IMG/VR virus record: IMGVR_UViG_3300031414_000013
Location: 1-64,000 of that record
Origin: a virus
Length of the DNA stretch: 64,000 nt
Strand: one strand, 5' to 3'
The notes beneath the pieces were generated by a model. It had not been told where the DNA came from. It saw only the letters and a program-made list of their open reading frames with translations, and made no database searches. Position numbers and translations under genes: made by a program. Every line of letters starts with the position of its first letter. Positions within the stretch are counted from its first letter, which is position 1. Shown in pieces: positions 37,865 to 48,877 of the stretch.

Positions 37865-38476
37865 TTATTTAATATAGCCGGTGTAACCAGCGACGTTAGT
37901 ATTAACAAAATTCACCTTAGGGTCATATTCAACCTTGAGGCGTTTATTTGTTCCATTCTCCATGGTGGCTATCGCATCCCAGTGGTTAGGAGCACTTTCG
38001 CTAAGTAAAGTCACTTCCTTACACCCTGGCGCATTCACACCGTCATTCCGTTTGGTTACACCAGTGACAGTTTGACAAGCGGTGTCTGCAATGCCCACCT
38101 TATCTACTTTCAGCTCGTTGTACGCAAGCATAACGATACTGAATAATAACGCTGCCATCGACACATGGAATACGCGATGGTGTCTTCCAGTAAGGGTATC
38201 CCTTTTCCACGCATAGACCGGTATGAATAAAAACCAGATCCAGTGGGGTGGGCGATACCCAGCCTTTGCAAGTACACGCCTGTCGATAATAAACAGGGCA
38301 ATTGCAATTGCAAGAGCCGCCACACTTACCGCAGTGTCAGCAAGCATTCCAAAGGTCGGAAGCAGACTGTGGATTGTCCCCAATGCAATCAGAACATAAA
38401 TCCATTCTTTGGTGACGTACGGTTGGTGTCGAGGTGTCTGGAAAATATCACCATCGTAATCAGCGCTTCTCAGCAT
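37865..38476 (-). CDS. Multi-TM membrane protein with periplasmic Cys-pair domain
   Basis: 3-4 TM helices, D...L..AG...W..F.PVY.W.R. Confidence 0.75.
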   Translation of the reverse strand: MLRSADYDGDIFQTPRHQPYVTKEWIYVLIALGTIHSLLPTFGMLADTAVSVAALAIAIALFIIDRRVLAKAGYRPPHWIWFLFIPVYAWKRDTLTGRHHRVFHVSMAALLFSIVMLAYNELKVDKVGIADTACQTVTGVTKRNDGVNAPGCKEVTLLSESAPNHWDAIATMENGTNKRLKVEYDPKVNFVNTNVAGYTGYIK

Positions 38477-38543
38477 ATCTTCGGGTTCCTTTGTTTTAAT
38501 TTACTAACCGGCATAAAACCCTCCTCGAAAGGAGGGCTGGTTA

Positions 38544-38981
38544 TTACAGTAAAGCGCTGGCTTCTTCACCACGCCCTAACACCAGGTGATGAACACGTGA
38601 CGACTCGATCTCGCGTACAGTACGCAAGTCCGCGTTGAATGTCACCATGTTCCTAGCAACCTGTTCGTCGCTCAACCCTTCGGCCTTCTGACGCTCGGCG
38701 TATTCAGCCATAGCTACAGACGAAGGGTAAACGACGTACACTTCAAACTTTGCATCCACCGCAGCATTCAAGGCATCCATTGTCAACGGACCACAGATCG
38801 ACATAACATCCTCTGGAATGTCAGTCAGGTCATCCGCCGACAGTGTGTCTTTCCACAGTACTTTACTGGGGTCTGACGCTTGTTCAGCCCAGCGTTTCAA
38901 TCCAACGCCCGGGTAGCCTAAAACGATACCTGTCATTGCGAAGTACCAATAGTTGACTGACGCTGATAGTTCATCAACCAC
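38544..38981 (-). CDS. Hypothetical protein, possible kinase-like P-loop remnant
   Basis: IVLGYPGVG...VVYPS; true start may be MTG. Confidence 0.55.
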   Translation of the reverse strand: MVDELSASVNYWYFAMTGIVLGYPGVGLKRWAEQASDPSKVLWKDTLSADDLTDIPEDVMSICGPLTMDALNAAVDAKFEVYVVYPSSVAMAEYAERQKAEGLSDEQVARNMVTFNADLRTVREIESSRVHHLVLGRGEEASALL

Positions 38982-39157
38982 TCACCGATCTTACCGAGGT
39001 AGCGACTTTCATCGCTGGGCAAGGAGAGAATGGCTTTTTCATCAGCACCAAAAGTGAGTGTTAAGTTAGTGGCGTCACTGGTCTTATCGTAAGTTGCTTC
39101 AGCAGCAACCAGTTCTTTCAACGCCAGGCGAGTGTGTCGCCTTCCTGACTTATCCAT
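38933..39157 (-). CDS. Small hypothetical protein
   Basis: 74 aa, RBS present. Confidence 0.6.
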   Translation of the reverse strand: MDKSGRRHTRLALKELVAAEATYDKTSDATNLTLTFGADEKAILSLPSDESRYLGKIGEWLMNYQRQSTIGTSQ

Positions 39158-39170
39158 TGACGCCCCCTAA

Positions 39171-39353
39171 TTAGATCTTACAGCCGTCGCCGCAGTCGTT
39201 ATCGCCTGCTGCCACTTCGATTGCTTCACCGCCACCAGAACGCATCTGGTCGACTTTCTCTTCTGACCCTTCCAGGTCCAGGTTGCCCAGCGCACCATCA
39301 ATGTCCAGTTCCCCAGCTGATGCTTTACCCAGAATCTCGTCTACCTTACTCAT
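39171..39353 (-). CDS. 60-aa acidic peptide ending in an NrdA-like tail
   Basis: C-terminus GDNDCGDGCKI; AAGGA RBS, overlap-coupled start. Confidence 0.7.
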   Translation of the reverse strand: MSKVDEILGKASAGELDIDGALGNLDLEGSEEKVDQMRSGGGEAIEVAAGDNDCGDGCKI

Positions 39354-39684
39354 CTTCGTTTTCCTTACAGTTAGGATTGTTAATCAACATACCATTGGCA
39401 TCTTTGAACGTGACGTCAATAGAACCATCCAATAGACCTTGTAAAGTAGCCAACACTTCCTCTGCCCGACTGTATGCAAAGAACGTGTCGCTACTAATGA
39501 AGTACATAATCTCACGAACTTGCTGGTTCGTGGCTTTCTTACCCAGCTCGGTGGCCAAGGCACGCATGGTGCGGTTCTTCGGCTTCTTACAACCAGGTTC
39601 GTTGAGTTCGCGCATCTGCGTTGAGATACTCAAGAGTGCGCTAGATAACTCACGACCCATCTGTAGTAGCGGCAGGTGTTCCAT
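39346..39684 (-). CDS. Small helical protein (family shared with 8673 and 54512)
   Basis: Start moved to 39684 (AAGGA RBS). Confidence 0.65.
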   Translation of the reverse strand: MEHLPLLQMGRELSSALLSISTQMRELNEPGCKKPKNRTMRALATELGKKATNQQVREIMYFISSDTFFAYSRAEEVLATLQGLLDGSIDVTFKDANGMLINNPNCKENEDE

Positions 39685-39982
39685 GGTCTTCCTTATATAA
39701 GTAGTCGAGCGAAAGTCCGAAGGCATTGTTTATAAAACGATTGCCTGCTTTTGGATCAGGAGGGTTCTCAGTGCTCGAATAATAGAACCCAACTTCAAGA
39801 CCCTTAGACTTGTCTATGCTCAGTTTAACTCTGCGATCCAACCGATGTACTACGTCAGCTAGAAAGTTCTCCAGAGACCGACTGACGTCGTCTACGGGGG
39901 TGTCGTACTGTGGATACGAACACACCCCAACGAGTTTGTCTTCTATGTCAGAATCGAAGAACGATAAGACTATAAAAGACAT
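39650..39982 (-). CDS. Hypothetical protein
   Basis: 110 aa, AAGGA RBS. Confidence 0.65.
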   Translation of the reverse strand: MSFIVLSFFDSDIEDKLVGVCSYPQYDTPVDDVSRSLENFLADVVHRLDRRVKLSIDKSKGLEVGFYYSSTENPPDPKAGNRFINNAFGLSLDYLYKEDHGTPAATTDGS

Positions 39983-39992
39983 TTATCGTTCC

Positions 39993-40895
39993 TTAGTTTT
40001 CCACCGCAGTTTTGCTCAGGCGAGCTTGCGCATGGTTGTAAGTATCATCGCGACCGAAGTCAATCACGCGGATGCTGGACTGCGCGATTATCGGGTACAT
40101 AGTAATGACGATCGCTATAAAATAGTACCCGGCTTCAGCGTTATGACGCACTTCAACGGTGTGAGTGTAGCCGAAGTTTTCAGCACGCAGTAATCCTGCA
40201 TAGTCGTCTACAAGCTCTTTACTCTCATGACGCAACGCAACAATCACACCGTTCCGATGGTGCTTAACCAAAACCGGCATAACGTCAGATGGCACTGCCC
40301 AAGACTGAGGTGTAAGTTCCCGGTCAAGATTGAATTCGGCCTCATCCTCAATTGGTGCCTCCAGGAAACCCATGAAGTAAAGACGCAGTTTGTTCAGAAT
40401 CTCGTACAGCACGCGAGTCTTCTCTGGAGTCTGCGCTGAGAACGTAACGCTACCGCCAGCAAAACCAACTACGATAGTGGTAGTGGCCGGACGAGGTTCT
40501 TCATCGCCGATGCGAGTCGGTTCTACCAAACTGATGCTGTAGGTGTTGGCCAGATCAAAACCGACTTCAGTAGGTACTGAGATCTGGTAGTGATAATGGT
40601 GCGGTACATTAACCACAGCAAGCACGCGACCAGTTTTAGAAATACGCAGGTTGCAAACTGACTTAAACTGCAAGAACGGGGCAAAGATCAAATCATCGAG
40701 GACGGTCTTAGCTTCAGACTTCTCGTCAATCAATTCTGCCAGTTCGTGCTCGAACACCAGGAACTCGATACCCATGGCATCCTCTACGATAGCAGTGCCC
40801 GGTTCAGTACCAAAACCGAGATAGCGAACAGACTTAGAGCAGATGCCTTCGTCTGGGTCGTTCCATTGATACCAGGTATTCTTCACCAGTTTCAT
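39993..40895 (-). CDS. Multi-domain hypothetical protein
   Basis: 300 aa, ATGA overlap. Confidence 0.75.
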   Translation of the reverse strand: MKLVKNTWYQWNDPDEGICSKSVRYLGFGTEPGTAIVEDAMGIEFLVFEHELAELIDEKSEAKTVLDDLIFAPFLQFKSVCNLRISKTGRVLAVVNVPHHYHYQISVPTEVGFDLANTYSISLVEPTRIGDEEPRPATTTIVVGFAGGSVTFSAQTPEKTRVLYEILNKLRLYFMGFLEAPIEDEAEFNLDRELTPQSWAVPSDVMPVLVKHHRNGVIVALRHESKELVDDYAGLLRAENFGYTHTVEVRHNAEAGYYFIAIVITMYPIIAQSSIRVIDFGRDDTYNHAQARLSKTAVEN

Positions 40896-41392
40896 TTGTT
40901 CTTTCCTTTCATTTTGAAGTTTGAGGCAAGAGCAGCAAGCTCGTCGAATGTACGAATAACAAACTGATGCTCTTTGGCGTCAGTTGCTTTACAGAAAAGC
41001 TTCACTGCGTCTTCCAGCGTATCCGTAAGCTCTAAGGCAGCGCGGGCATGCTCTTCTGCGGTAAGGTACTGAGATCGACAGGTCAACACACCCGGCCCGG
41101 TCATAATACGAACCTCACTGAGAAACGAATTTTCCTTATCGACGAAATAGTCACGCAAAACGCCATGCTCATCGACAACGGCAGTTATCCAGCGACTATC
41201 GTGGTTGATGTTATCGGAAACGCCGTCAGCGCGATAGTCCAGGAAGTTAGCGAACACCGGACTAGTCGGTACCAACACGCCGTACTTAGTAGTCAAAACA
41301 GCCAGCGGAATATGTGTGTACATGCCATTGGGACGAACTTCACCACACACGAAAGCAATTCGGTTGTCTCGAACCATATAAACGTTTGACAT
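40892..41392 (-). CDS. Degenerate proteasome-beta/HslV-like paralog (no N-terminal Thr)
   Basis: N-terminal strand pair and HARAALELTDTLEDAVKLF helix pair match the neighbouring gene. Confidence 0.5.
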   Translation of the reverse strand: MSNVYMVRDNRIAFVCGEVRPNGMYTHIPLAVLTTKYGVLVPTSPVFANFLDYRADGVSDNINHDSRWITAVVDEHGVLRDYFVDKENSFLSEVRIMTGPGVLTCRSQYLTAEEHARAALELTDTLEDAVKLFCKATDAKEHQFVIRTFDELAALASNFKMKGKNK

Positions 41393-41393
41393 C

Positions 41394-41915
41394 TCAACCT
41401 ACCTTAATTGCTTTCAGTTTGTTAGCGTGATACACATCTACACCACGACCAGACAGGGTGTCCATTCGGTTAGCGAATTCAACGGCCTGTTTTGGTGTAC
41501 GACCAGAGAGCATGGCGGAGGATGCGAAGGTAGCACCCGTACCAACTGTGAAGTAGTCGATGTGCTCGTCGGAGATTGAGATCAACCCTTCGATGATACT
41601 GATAAACAGTTTGCGAGTCAGGATCAGGGTGGGTTTACGCACACGTTTACTAACCGCAAGAGCGAGTTCAGTGAATCCGGTGTCAGTCAACTGACCACCT
41701 CCCGCAAAGTGGTGAGCAACCATGCGGAACAGTTTCTCTAACTCGTCAGTGTGGTTCTTACTGAGATCGATGCCAGTAGAACCGTAGACGAATGTACCGC
41801 AGTCAGACATTTTCAGCTTTGGACCATCAGCGAAATGCGTACCACCGTCGTCACCCTTGATTAGCAATTGGCGATCAGCGGCGATACATTTACTATTAAC
41901 AACAATCGTTGTCAT
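41394..41915 (-). CDS. Proteasome-beta/HslV-like Ntn hydrolase
   Basis: MTTIV...IAADRQ...K...TVGTGATFA..AM...AVEFA..D..SG. Confidence 0.8.
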   Translation of the reverse strand: MTTIVVNSKCIAADRQLLIKGDDGGTHFADGPKLKMSDCGTFVYGSTGIDLSKNHTDELEKLFRMVAHHFAGGGQLTDTGFTELALAVSKRVRKPTLILTRKLFISIIEGLISISDEHIDYFTVGTGATFASSAMLSGRTPKQAVEFANRMDTLSGRGVDVYHANKLKAIKVG

Positions 41916-41976
41916 GTTTTGATTCCTTATGGTGCGAAATAGAACGAGAGTGGGTTTTCACCCACTCTCTTATGCC

Positions 41977-42297
41977 TTAGAAGCCGTTAGACTTCATGCT
42001 GCGATCTGGGCTACCACGACCTGTGCGTTCAGGGGTGCGCGCAACAGACTTAACTACATCGCGACCAATCAGCAGACCGGAGTCCAGCTGGAAAGTAATC
42101 GCGTCGCCAACAGACAGAGTTTTCTCACCTTCCAGATAGTCGACCTTAACCGGAACCTGGCAGTGGTCTTCACCAGAGATAAAGATACCTTTCTTGTTGA
42201 TGGCAACAACTTCAGCCTTGACGGTGGTGACGTCACCTGCTTTGCCTTCCTGGACATTCAGCAGTGGTTTGAATTTATCAGCAATGGTCAGTTTCAT
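41977..42297 (-). CDS. Stand-alone S1/OB-fold protein resembling domain 1 of ribosomal protein bS1
   Basis: IADKF..LL..E..GD..V...VVAINK...LSVGDAI...LD...LL..R aligns by eye to bS1 residues 1-90. Confidence 0.65.
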   Translation of the reverse strand: MKLTIADKFKPLLNVQEGKAGDVTTVKAEVVAINKKGIFISGEDHCQVPVKVDYLEGEKTLSVGDAITFQLDSGLLIGRDVVKSVARTPERTGRGSPDRSMKSNGF

Positions 42298-42327
42298 TTC
42301 TTACGTTCCTATTAGTAAAGGGGAGCC

Positions 42328-44698
<2,371 letters not shown>

Positions 44699-44766
44699 TG
44701 TGTTTCCTTATATGGGTTAGTCAGAGAATTTCTCGTGCGTGTAAATTACTACCACATTCGCACTAG

Positions 44767-44784
44767 GATAATGTATACTTGAAA
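44767..44784 (-). promoter_or_regulatory. Early promoter motif
   Basis: TTTCAAGTATACATTATC. Confidence 0.65.
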
Positions 44785-44816
44785 CTTTGTTGAACAAAAA
44801 AAGAAAAGGATAGAAA

Positions 44817-44840
44817 AGAGGAGACCCGAAGGTCTCCTCT
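44817..44840 (-). terminator. Intrinsic terminator
   Basis: AGAGGAGACC-TTCG-GGTCTCCTCT then TTT. Confidence 0.85.
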
Positions 44841-44850
44841 AGTTTGTTAG

Positions 44851-45417
44851 TTATGCCCGAATCTGATGTTCTGCTGCTTTATAAATAGCGTCCATGAATT
44901 CGGTGTTTTCAGATACCGTGGCATTGAAACTCACGGGTCCATTGGACACATCGATTTTAGCTTCAACGTTGATGTCCAGATCAGGATAACCTACCACCAA
45001 CGTAACGGACTGGAGTTTGGTACCGAGATATTCTAAACGCATGCCGCCGGTGATGTTACCCTGAGTTTCAGTTTCGTAACGAGTGGTCGTTACGGACGCA
45101 AAGTCCTCAATCATTACTTCGTTGTCCACCAGCCAGCTAGCGCCTTTACGACCATGTTCGATGAGGTCACGGATCTCAGCGCGCTCAGTATCAGACAACG
45201 CATTGTCTGCATTGTAGGACTGCACGTAAAGCGTACGCTCAAACTCACCGGTTTCAGCATAGCTAGACAACGGACGGGTTTCCCAGATCGGTTGAGTGGA
45301 CATTGTGTCGCCAGTTGCACGATCCTGTACAACGATTTCGCCAACGCACGATTCGTCTGATTCTACGATGATAGCAAAACGGACATTGGTAAGAGCGATA
45401 GAAAGAATAGATTTCAT
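44851..45417 (-). CDS. Early acidic hypothetical protein (monocistronic)
   Basis: Lies between an early promoter motif and a terminator. Confidence 0.75.
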   Translation of the reverse strand: MKSILSIALTNVRFAIIVESDESCVGEIVVQDRATGDTMSTQPIWETRPLSSYAETGEFERTLYVQSYNADNALSDTERAEIRDLIEHGRKGASWLVDNEVMIEDFASVTTTRYETETQGNITGGMRLEYLGTKLQSVTLVVGYPDLDINVEAKIDVSNGPVSFNATVSENTEFMDAIYKAAEHQIRA

Positions 45418-45473
45418 GTTTTGATTCCTTATAGAGATTAAGTTGAGTGAACAGCATTGTTACTGTTCACTCA

Positions 45474-45491
45474 GGTCTTATATATCTGAAA
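45474..45491 (-). promoter_or_regulatory. Early promoter motif (variant)
   Basis: TTTCAGATATATAAGACC. Confidence 0.55.
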
Positions 45492-45507
45492 ATTTATTGA
45501 AACGACA

Positions 45508-45999
45508 CTAGCGGTCACGAACCCGCACCAGTGCATCTCCCAACATATTCAGACCACGCCAACACGTTTGATCCATGTGGTCCGGATGATCAACGTCCAT
45601 CCCAATTCCCCAGAGCGTATCTGTAGGTGAGGCTTCTACCAGCAGTCGCTTACCGGTTGCTTTCAGTTCAGCCATCATCTCTGGGTTCTGTTCAAACTTG
45701 GCAGACAGTACGTCACACATCGTAGCAAATCGCTCGCCAGCCCATACCTGATCGTTGTAAGGAGATACTTCACGACCCAGCATTTTACAGATGAACGGGG
45801 CATTACGTTTGCCTGGATCTACGGCAGCGATTTTAGCAGCCACCCGGTAGTCCTTAAAGTGCATTGCCTTCAACCACATGAATGCCTGTTCTGAGCAGAA
45901 GAAATTCACGCCCGCCAAGTTAAACTCGCAACGATAGAAGTTGCTGTAGATGTCGTCCCCATAATAGAAGAAGACAAACTCATCAGTTGTCTTTACCAT
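45508..45999 (-). CDS. NADAR (YbiA/DUF1768) family protein
   Basis: YSNFY...SEQAFM..KA..F, K.LGR.V, KFEQN, LVEASPTD.LWGIG, G.N.LG; start at 45999. Confidence 0.92.
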   Translation of the reverse strand: MVKTTDEFVFFYYGDDIYSNFYRCEFNLAGVNFFCSEQAFMWLKAMHFKDYRVAAKIAAVDPGKRNAPFICKMLGREVSPYNDQVWAGERFATMCDVLSAKFEQNPEMMAELKATGKRLLVEASPTDTLWGIGMDVDHPDHMDQTCWRGLNMLGDALVRVRDR

Positions 46000-46243
46000 G
46001 TGTCTCCACCGTACATTCGAGGACAATAGCAGGAGGGAAGAAGTCAGGCTTGTTGGTAATGCTATCCCACTGCACCTGAATCTGCTCACGTAGTTGCTGT
46101 TGTAATATCAGCTTGAGCTTAAACACTGGACACTGATACTTACGGCGACCTTTAGGAATGACCTGGTACGGGTTCTTACGATGCAGGTTTTTCTTTTCCT
46201 GTCGAGTCAGAACAGCCGTTGGGTCTATGTACGACTTTGGCAT
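45983..46243 (-). CDS. Small basic hypothetical protein
   Basis: 86 aa, GAGGA RBS. Confidence 0.6.
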   Translation of the reverse strand: MPKSYIDPTAVLTRQEKKNLHRKNPYQVIPKGRRKYQCPVFKLKLILQQQLREQIQVQWDSITNKPDFFPPAIVLECTVETHGKDN

Positions 46244-46737
46244 TTTAACATCCTCTTCATTTTCTCAGAGAAAGAAACCTTCTCTTTGATGACTGGTTCG
46301 AAATAGCTAAAGAAGGCGGCTACCGAATGACATGCGTTCGCTGCCAGGATACAATTCAACAGCACCGCATGCTCTTCGCTTTTCAGTGGGTTCAGTCCAG
46401 GCATATTGAACGGATGTCGTCTACCCGCATCGATGTTCTCCTGTGTCCACAGTGGAGCCACAGCCAACCCTGGATGTTTGTACCCAATAACATCATTCAC
46501 AAGCCACGTACCGTCGCATGTGACGATCAAGGCTTTATGCGTGAGGTTGCCGTAGAAGCTATCGCCCTTCTCAAGATAGCCTTCCAGTAGGAAGTCAAGG
46601 TGCTCACGGAATGCGAATACACCAACCATGATAATCTGACTACCTGCCCATTTAGCATCTGGACCATTTTTACTGTAGGCGAAACAGAGCTGCGCTGCGC
46701 TGTCCTCCACACCGTTAGATGAAAGCATGACTCTCAT
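46225..46737 (-). CDS. Hypothetical protein, possible degenerate Ntn-fold paralog
   Basis: ALIVTCDGTWLV and EEHA patterns shared with the Ntn paralogs. Confidence 0.55.
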   Translation of the reverse strand: MRVMLSSNGVEDSAAQLCFAYSKNGPDAKWAGSQIIMVGVFAFREHLDFLLEGYLEKGDSFYGNLTHKALIVTCDGTWLVNDVIGYKHPGLAVAPLWTQENIDAGRRHPFNMPGLNPLKSEEHAVLLNCILAANACHSVAAFFSYFEPVIKEKVSFSEKMKRMLKCQSRT

Positions 46738-47183
46738 TGGAGACTCCCGTTAAATACGTACTCGAGTTTACCACGACGATACGCACCTTTAACAACTTCA
46801 TCTAGTGAGTAGCCATAGCGATTAACAAAGATCCTACTGTACTGACCTAGTAGCTCCTCAGACACGGTCACGAGCGGTGCGCTGGTCTCCAGAAGCTCCA
46901 TGCCTCGCTCTAGGAGTCGTAACCCTAAGCCAGTGTTCTGATGACTTGGGGAGACCCTTACACAACGTAGTTTCTTTTCGTCCCCATTTTTAGCCAAAAC
47001 AAAACCGGCCAGCGTCCCGCCAACAAAAGCTCCTATTGCTAGGTTGCTTTCATTGGCGGGGTCAGATAGGACTTTGTTACGATACCAGTTGTCAATGTTC
47101 GGGTAGTACTGATCTAATGTCAGCAGGGATGGAGTGAGGAGCCGAAGCTCCTCCAACGTGTTAAGTTTTCTTATTTCTAACAT
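46734..47183 (-). CDS. GNAT-family acetyltransferase
   Basis: VRVSPSHQNTGLGLRLL acetyl-CoA motif A. Confidence 0.85.
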   Translation of the reverse strand: MLEIRKLNTLEELRLLTPSLLTLDQYYPNIDNWYRNKVLSDPANESNLAIGAFVGGTLAGFVLAKNGDEKKLRCVRVSPSHQNTGLGLRLLERGMELLETSAPLVTVSEELLGQYSRIFVNRYGYSLDEVVKGAYRRGKLEYVFNGSLQ

Positions 47184-47544
47184 TGTTCAACCAGAAGACA
47201 AACCGTAACCAAAGTCGGCCCCACCAATGCTTGTTCAATTTAGTGAACATCTGAACCGACTCACCCATTTCTTTAAAGACTTCGGAGTTGGAGAAAACAC
47301 CAACCTGACCGTATGGCGTATGCAATGCCGCATACCAACCGTAGGCGTCGTCTGGTTTATCCTTGATCTCCTTAAGCTCCCAGCCAGGATAGCTCTCCGC
47401 AATAACATCACGCATTGCACCTGGGTCGTACAGATAGTCAGTGCGAAGACTATCTTTGATATGTTCGGGCGCGTTGTCGTGCCACCAGTCACGAGCCGCT
47501 GGATTTTCATCAAGCCACTCTTTTGCTATTTTCAAACTATCCAT
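47161..47544 (-). CDS. Hypothetical protein
   Basis: 127 aa, AAGGA RBS. Confidence 0.7.
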   Translation of the reverse strand: MDSLKIAKEWLDENPAARDWWHDNAPEHIKDSLRTDYLYDPGAMRDVIAESYPGWELKEIKDKPDDAYGWYAALHTPYGQVGVFSNSEVFKEMGESVQMFTKLNKHWWGRLWLRFVFWLNNVRNKKT

Positions 47545-47553
47545 TGTGATTCC

Positions 47554-48198
47554 TTAATATTTAAATGTGTTGTTGTACCAAGTGCCGAATCTTACCGCAT
47601 AGCTAAGCAAGCAACCGTAGTACACGCGAAGCATTGGATAACGATAGTGCTTAGTGACCATCTTAGGTTCACGCGCATTTGTATCGTACATACGCAGGTA
47701 TCCACCGCAGCCAGCCGATAAGGCTATCGCTGCACAGACAGTACCAATTTCATCTGTCTTGAAAAACCGTGTGATGACTTCCACCGGAGCACGCCCAGAT
47801 CCAATGCATACGAATTCATCACGCTTGTGATTTTTAACCACAAATGCTGAACCTTCACTTGACCGACGGAAGTTGACTTCGTAGCAATGGTTAGCTGTCA
47901 AGACTAACATAGTGCAATCCAACCCAACTGCCGCTTTTATAGCACGCAACACTTTATACGAGTCGAGTGCTTCCTTGCCGCCCTTTAGTAGCATTTCCGT
48001 TGCGATAGTGATTGCATCAGACGCACCTGCACCAGCAACAGCCAGGATAACCTCTTTACCCCAAACCGCAAGTTTCTCCTCTTGCCTATATGCCGGGTAA
48101 GGTGTGATCTTTACAATGTTATCGTGTTGAGACACACCGCGTGCTACCGTTCTTGAGTCCGCATAAAAGACACCATCGCGCTGAACAATGACCGTCAT
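47554..48198 (-). CDS. Proteasome-beta/HslV-like Ntn hydrolase
   Basis: (M)TVIV...YADSR...KI...AGAG...IGSG...GCGG; RBS spacing favours the second ATG, exposing Thr1. Confidence 0.75.
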   Translation of the reverse strand: MTVIVQRDGVFYADSRTVARGVSQHDNIVKITPYPAYRQEEKLAVWGKEVILAVAGAGASDAITIATEMLLKGGKEALDSYKVLRAIKAAVGLDCTMLVLTANHCYEVNFRRSSEGSAFVVKNHKRDEFVCIGSGRAPVEVITRFFKTDEIGTVCAAIALSAGCGGYLRMYDTNAREPKMVTKHYRYPMLRVYYGCLLSYAVRFGTWYNNTFKY

Positions 48199-48200
48199 CA

Positions 48201-48533
48201 TTACTCCTTAATTAACACCAGAACTTCACCGTCCATATCCGCTACACCAGCAGCATAGACCAACGCATCCTCGACACCCAGGCCGTTAGAGTCGCCTTCC
48301 AGTAGCAATTCAATTATGCGACTGGCTAGCCAGGTCGGCAACGTATGCGTAGTGTTGCCTTTGACTAAAGCAACCGTGTTTACTTTGTCATACGGACCTT
48401 CAAAATAAATCATGAAGGAATGTGACGGCGTGATGCACTTCCGGTCAACAACACGATTGACTTTATAAAGAAGTACGGTGTCCCAAACTGTAAACTGACG
48501 CTTGGTCACTTGGATTGGGTTTTTGTTGATCAT
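48201..48533 (-). CDS. Hypothetical protein
   Basis: 110 aa, GGAGG RBS. Confidence 0.7.
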   Translation of the reverse strand: MINKNPIQVTKRQFTVWDTVLLYKVNRVVDRKCITPSHSFMIYFEGPYDKVNTVALVKGNTTHTLPTWLASRIIELLLEGDSNGLGVEDALVYAAGVADMDGEVLVLIKE

Positions 48534-48811
48534 ACGACCTCCGGGTGCGTGTTATAGATGACCCATTGTTTACAGCGTTCCATGATTTCCTCTACGGCAT
48601 CGCGCTCCACACCTGCGTCCAACAAACCAGTCTCGATGTCCGGTAAGGTTTGGAAGTCCCAACGGCCGTCGGCTCGCGCTGCCGTAATAAAAGCTATCCA
48701 GTCTACCCGCATTTTTCTTTTTACGATGATCTCATTTAAAGAAACGTCGAGTGGTAATCCGTGGGTTGCTTTGAGTTGAAACAGTTTGTCGCCTGGAAAT
48801 AAAATAGACAC
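48530..48811 (-). CDS. Stand-alone alanyl-tRNA synthetase helical-subdomain-like protein
   Basis: GDKLFQLKATHGLPLD...VDWIAF matches the AlaRS G..AF.LYDTYGFP.D...VD..GF motif. Confidence 0.7.
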   Translation of the reverse strand: MSILFPGDKLFQLKATHGLPLDVSLNEIIVKRKMRVDWIAFITAARADGRWDFQTLPDIETGLLDAGVERDAVEEIMERCKQWVIYNTHPEVV

Positions 48812-48877
48812 GGCGGCTCCCTAATAAAGTGACGTAATAAAACCAGGTACGGGTTTCCGTACCTGGCTAGTATGCTG

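Noticed and set aside
38447-38476. ADYDGD at the N-terminus of a membrane protein resembles the RNAP catalytic NADFDGD motif
   Set aside because: Six-residue match with no double-psi-barrel context; most likely chance
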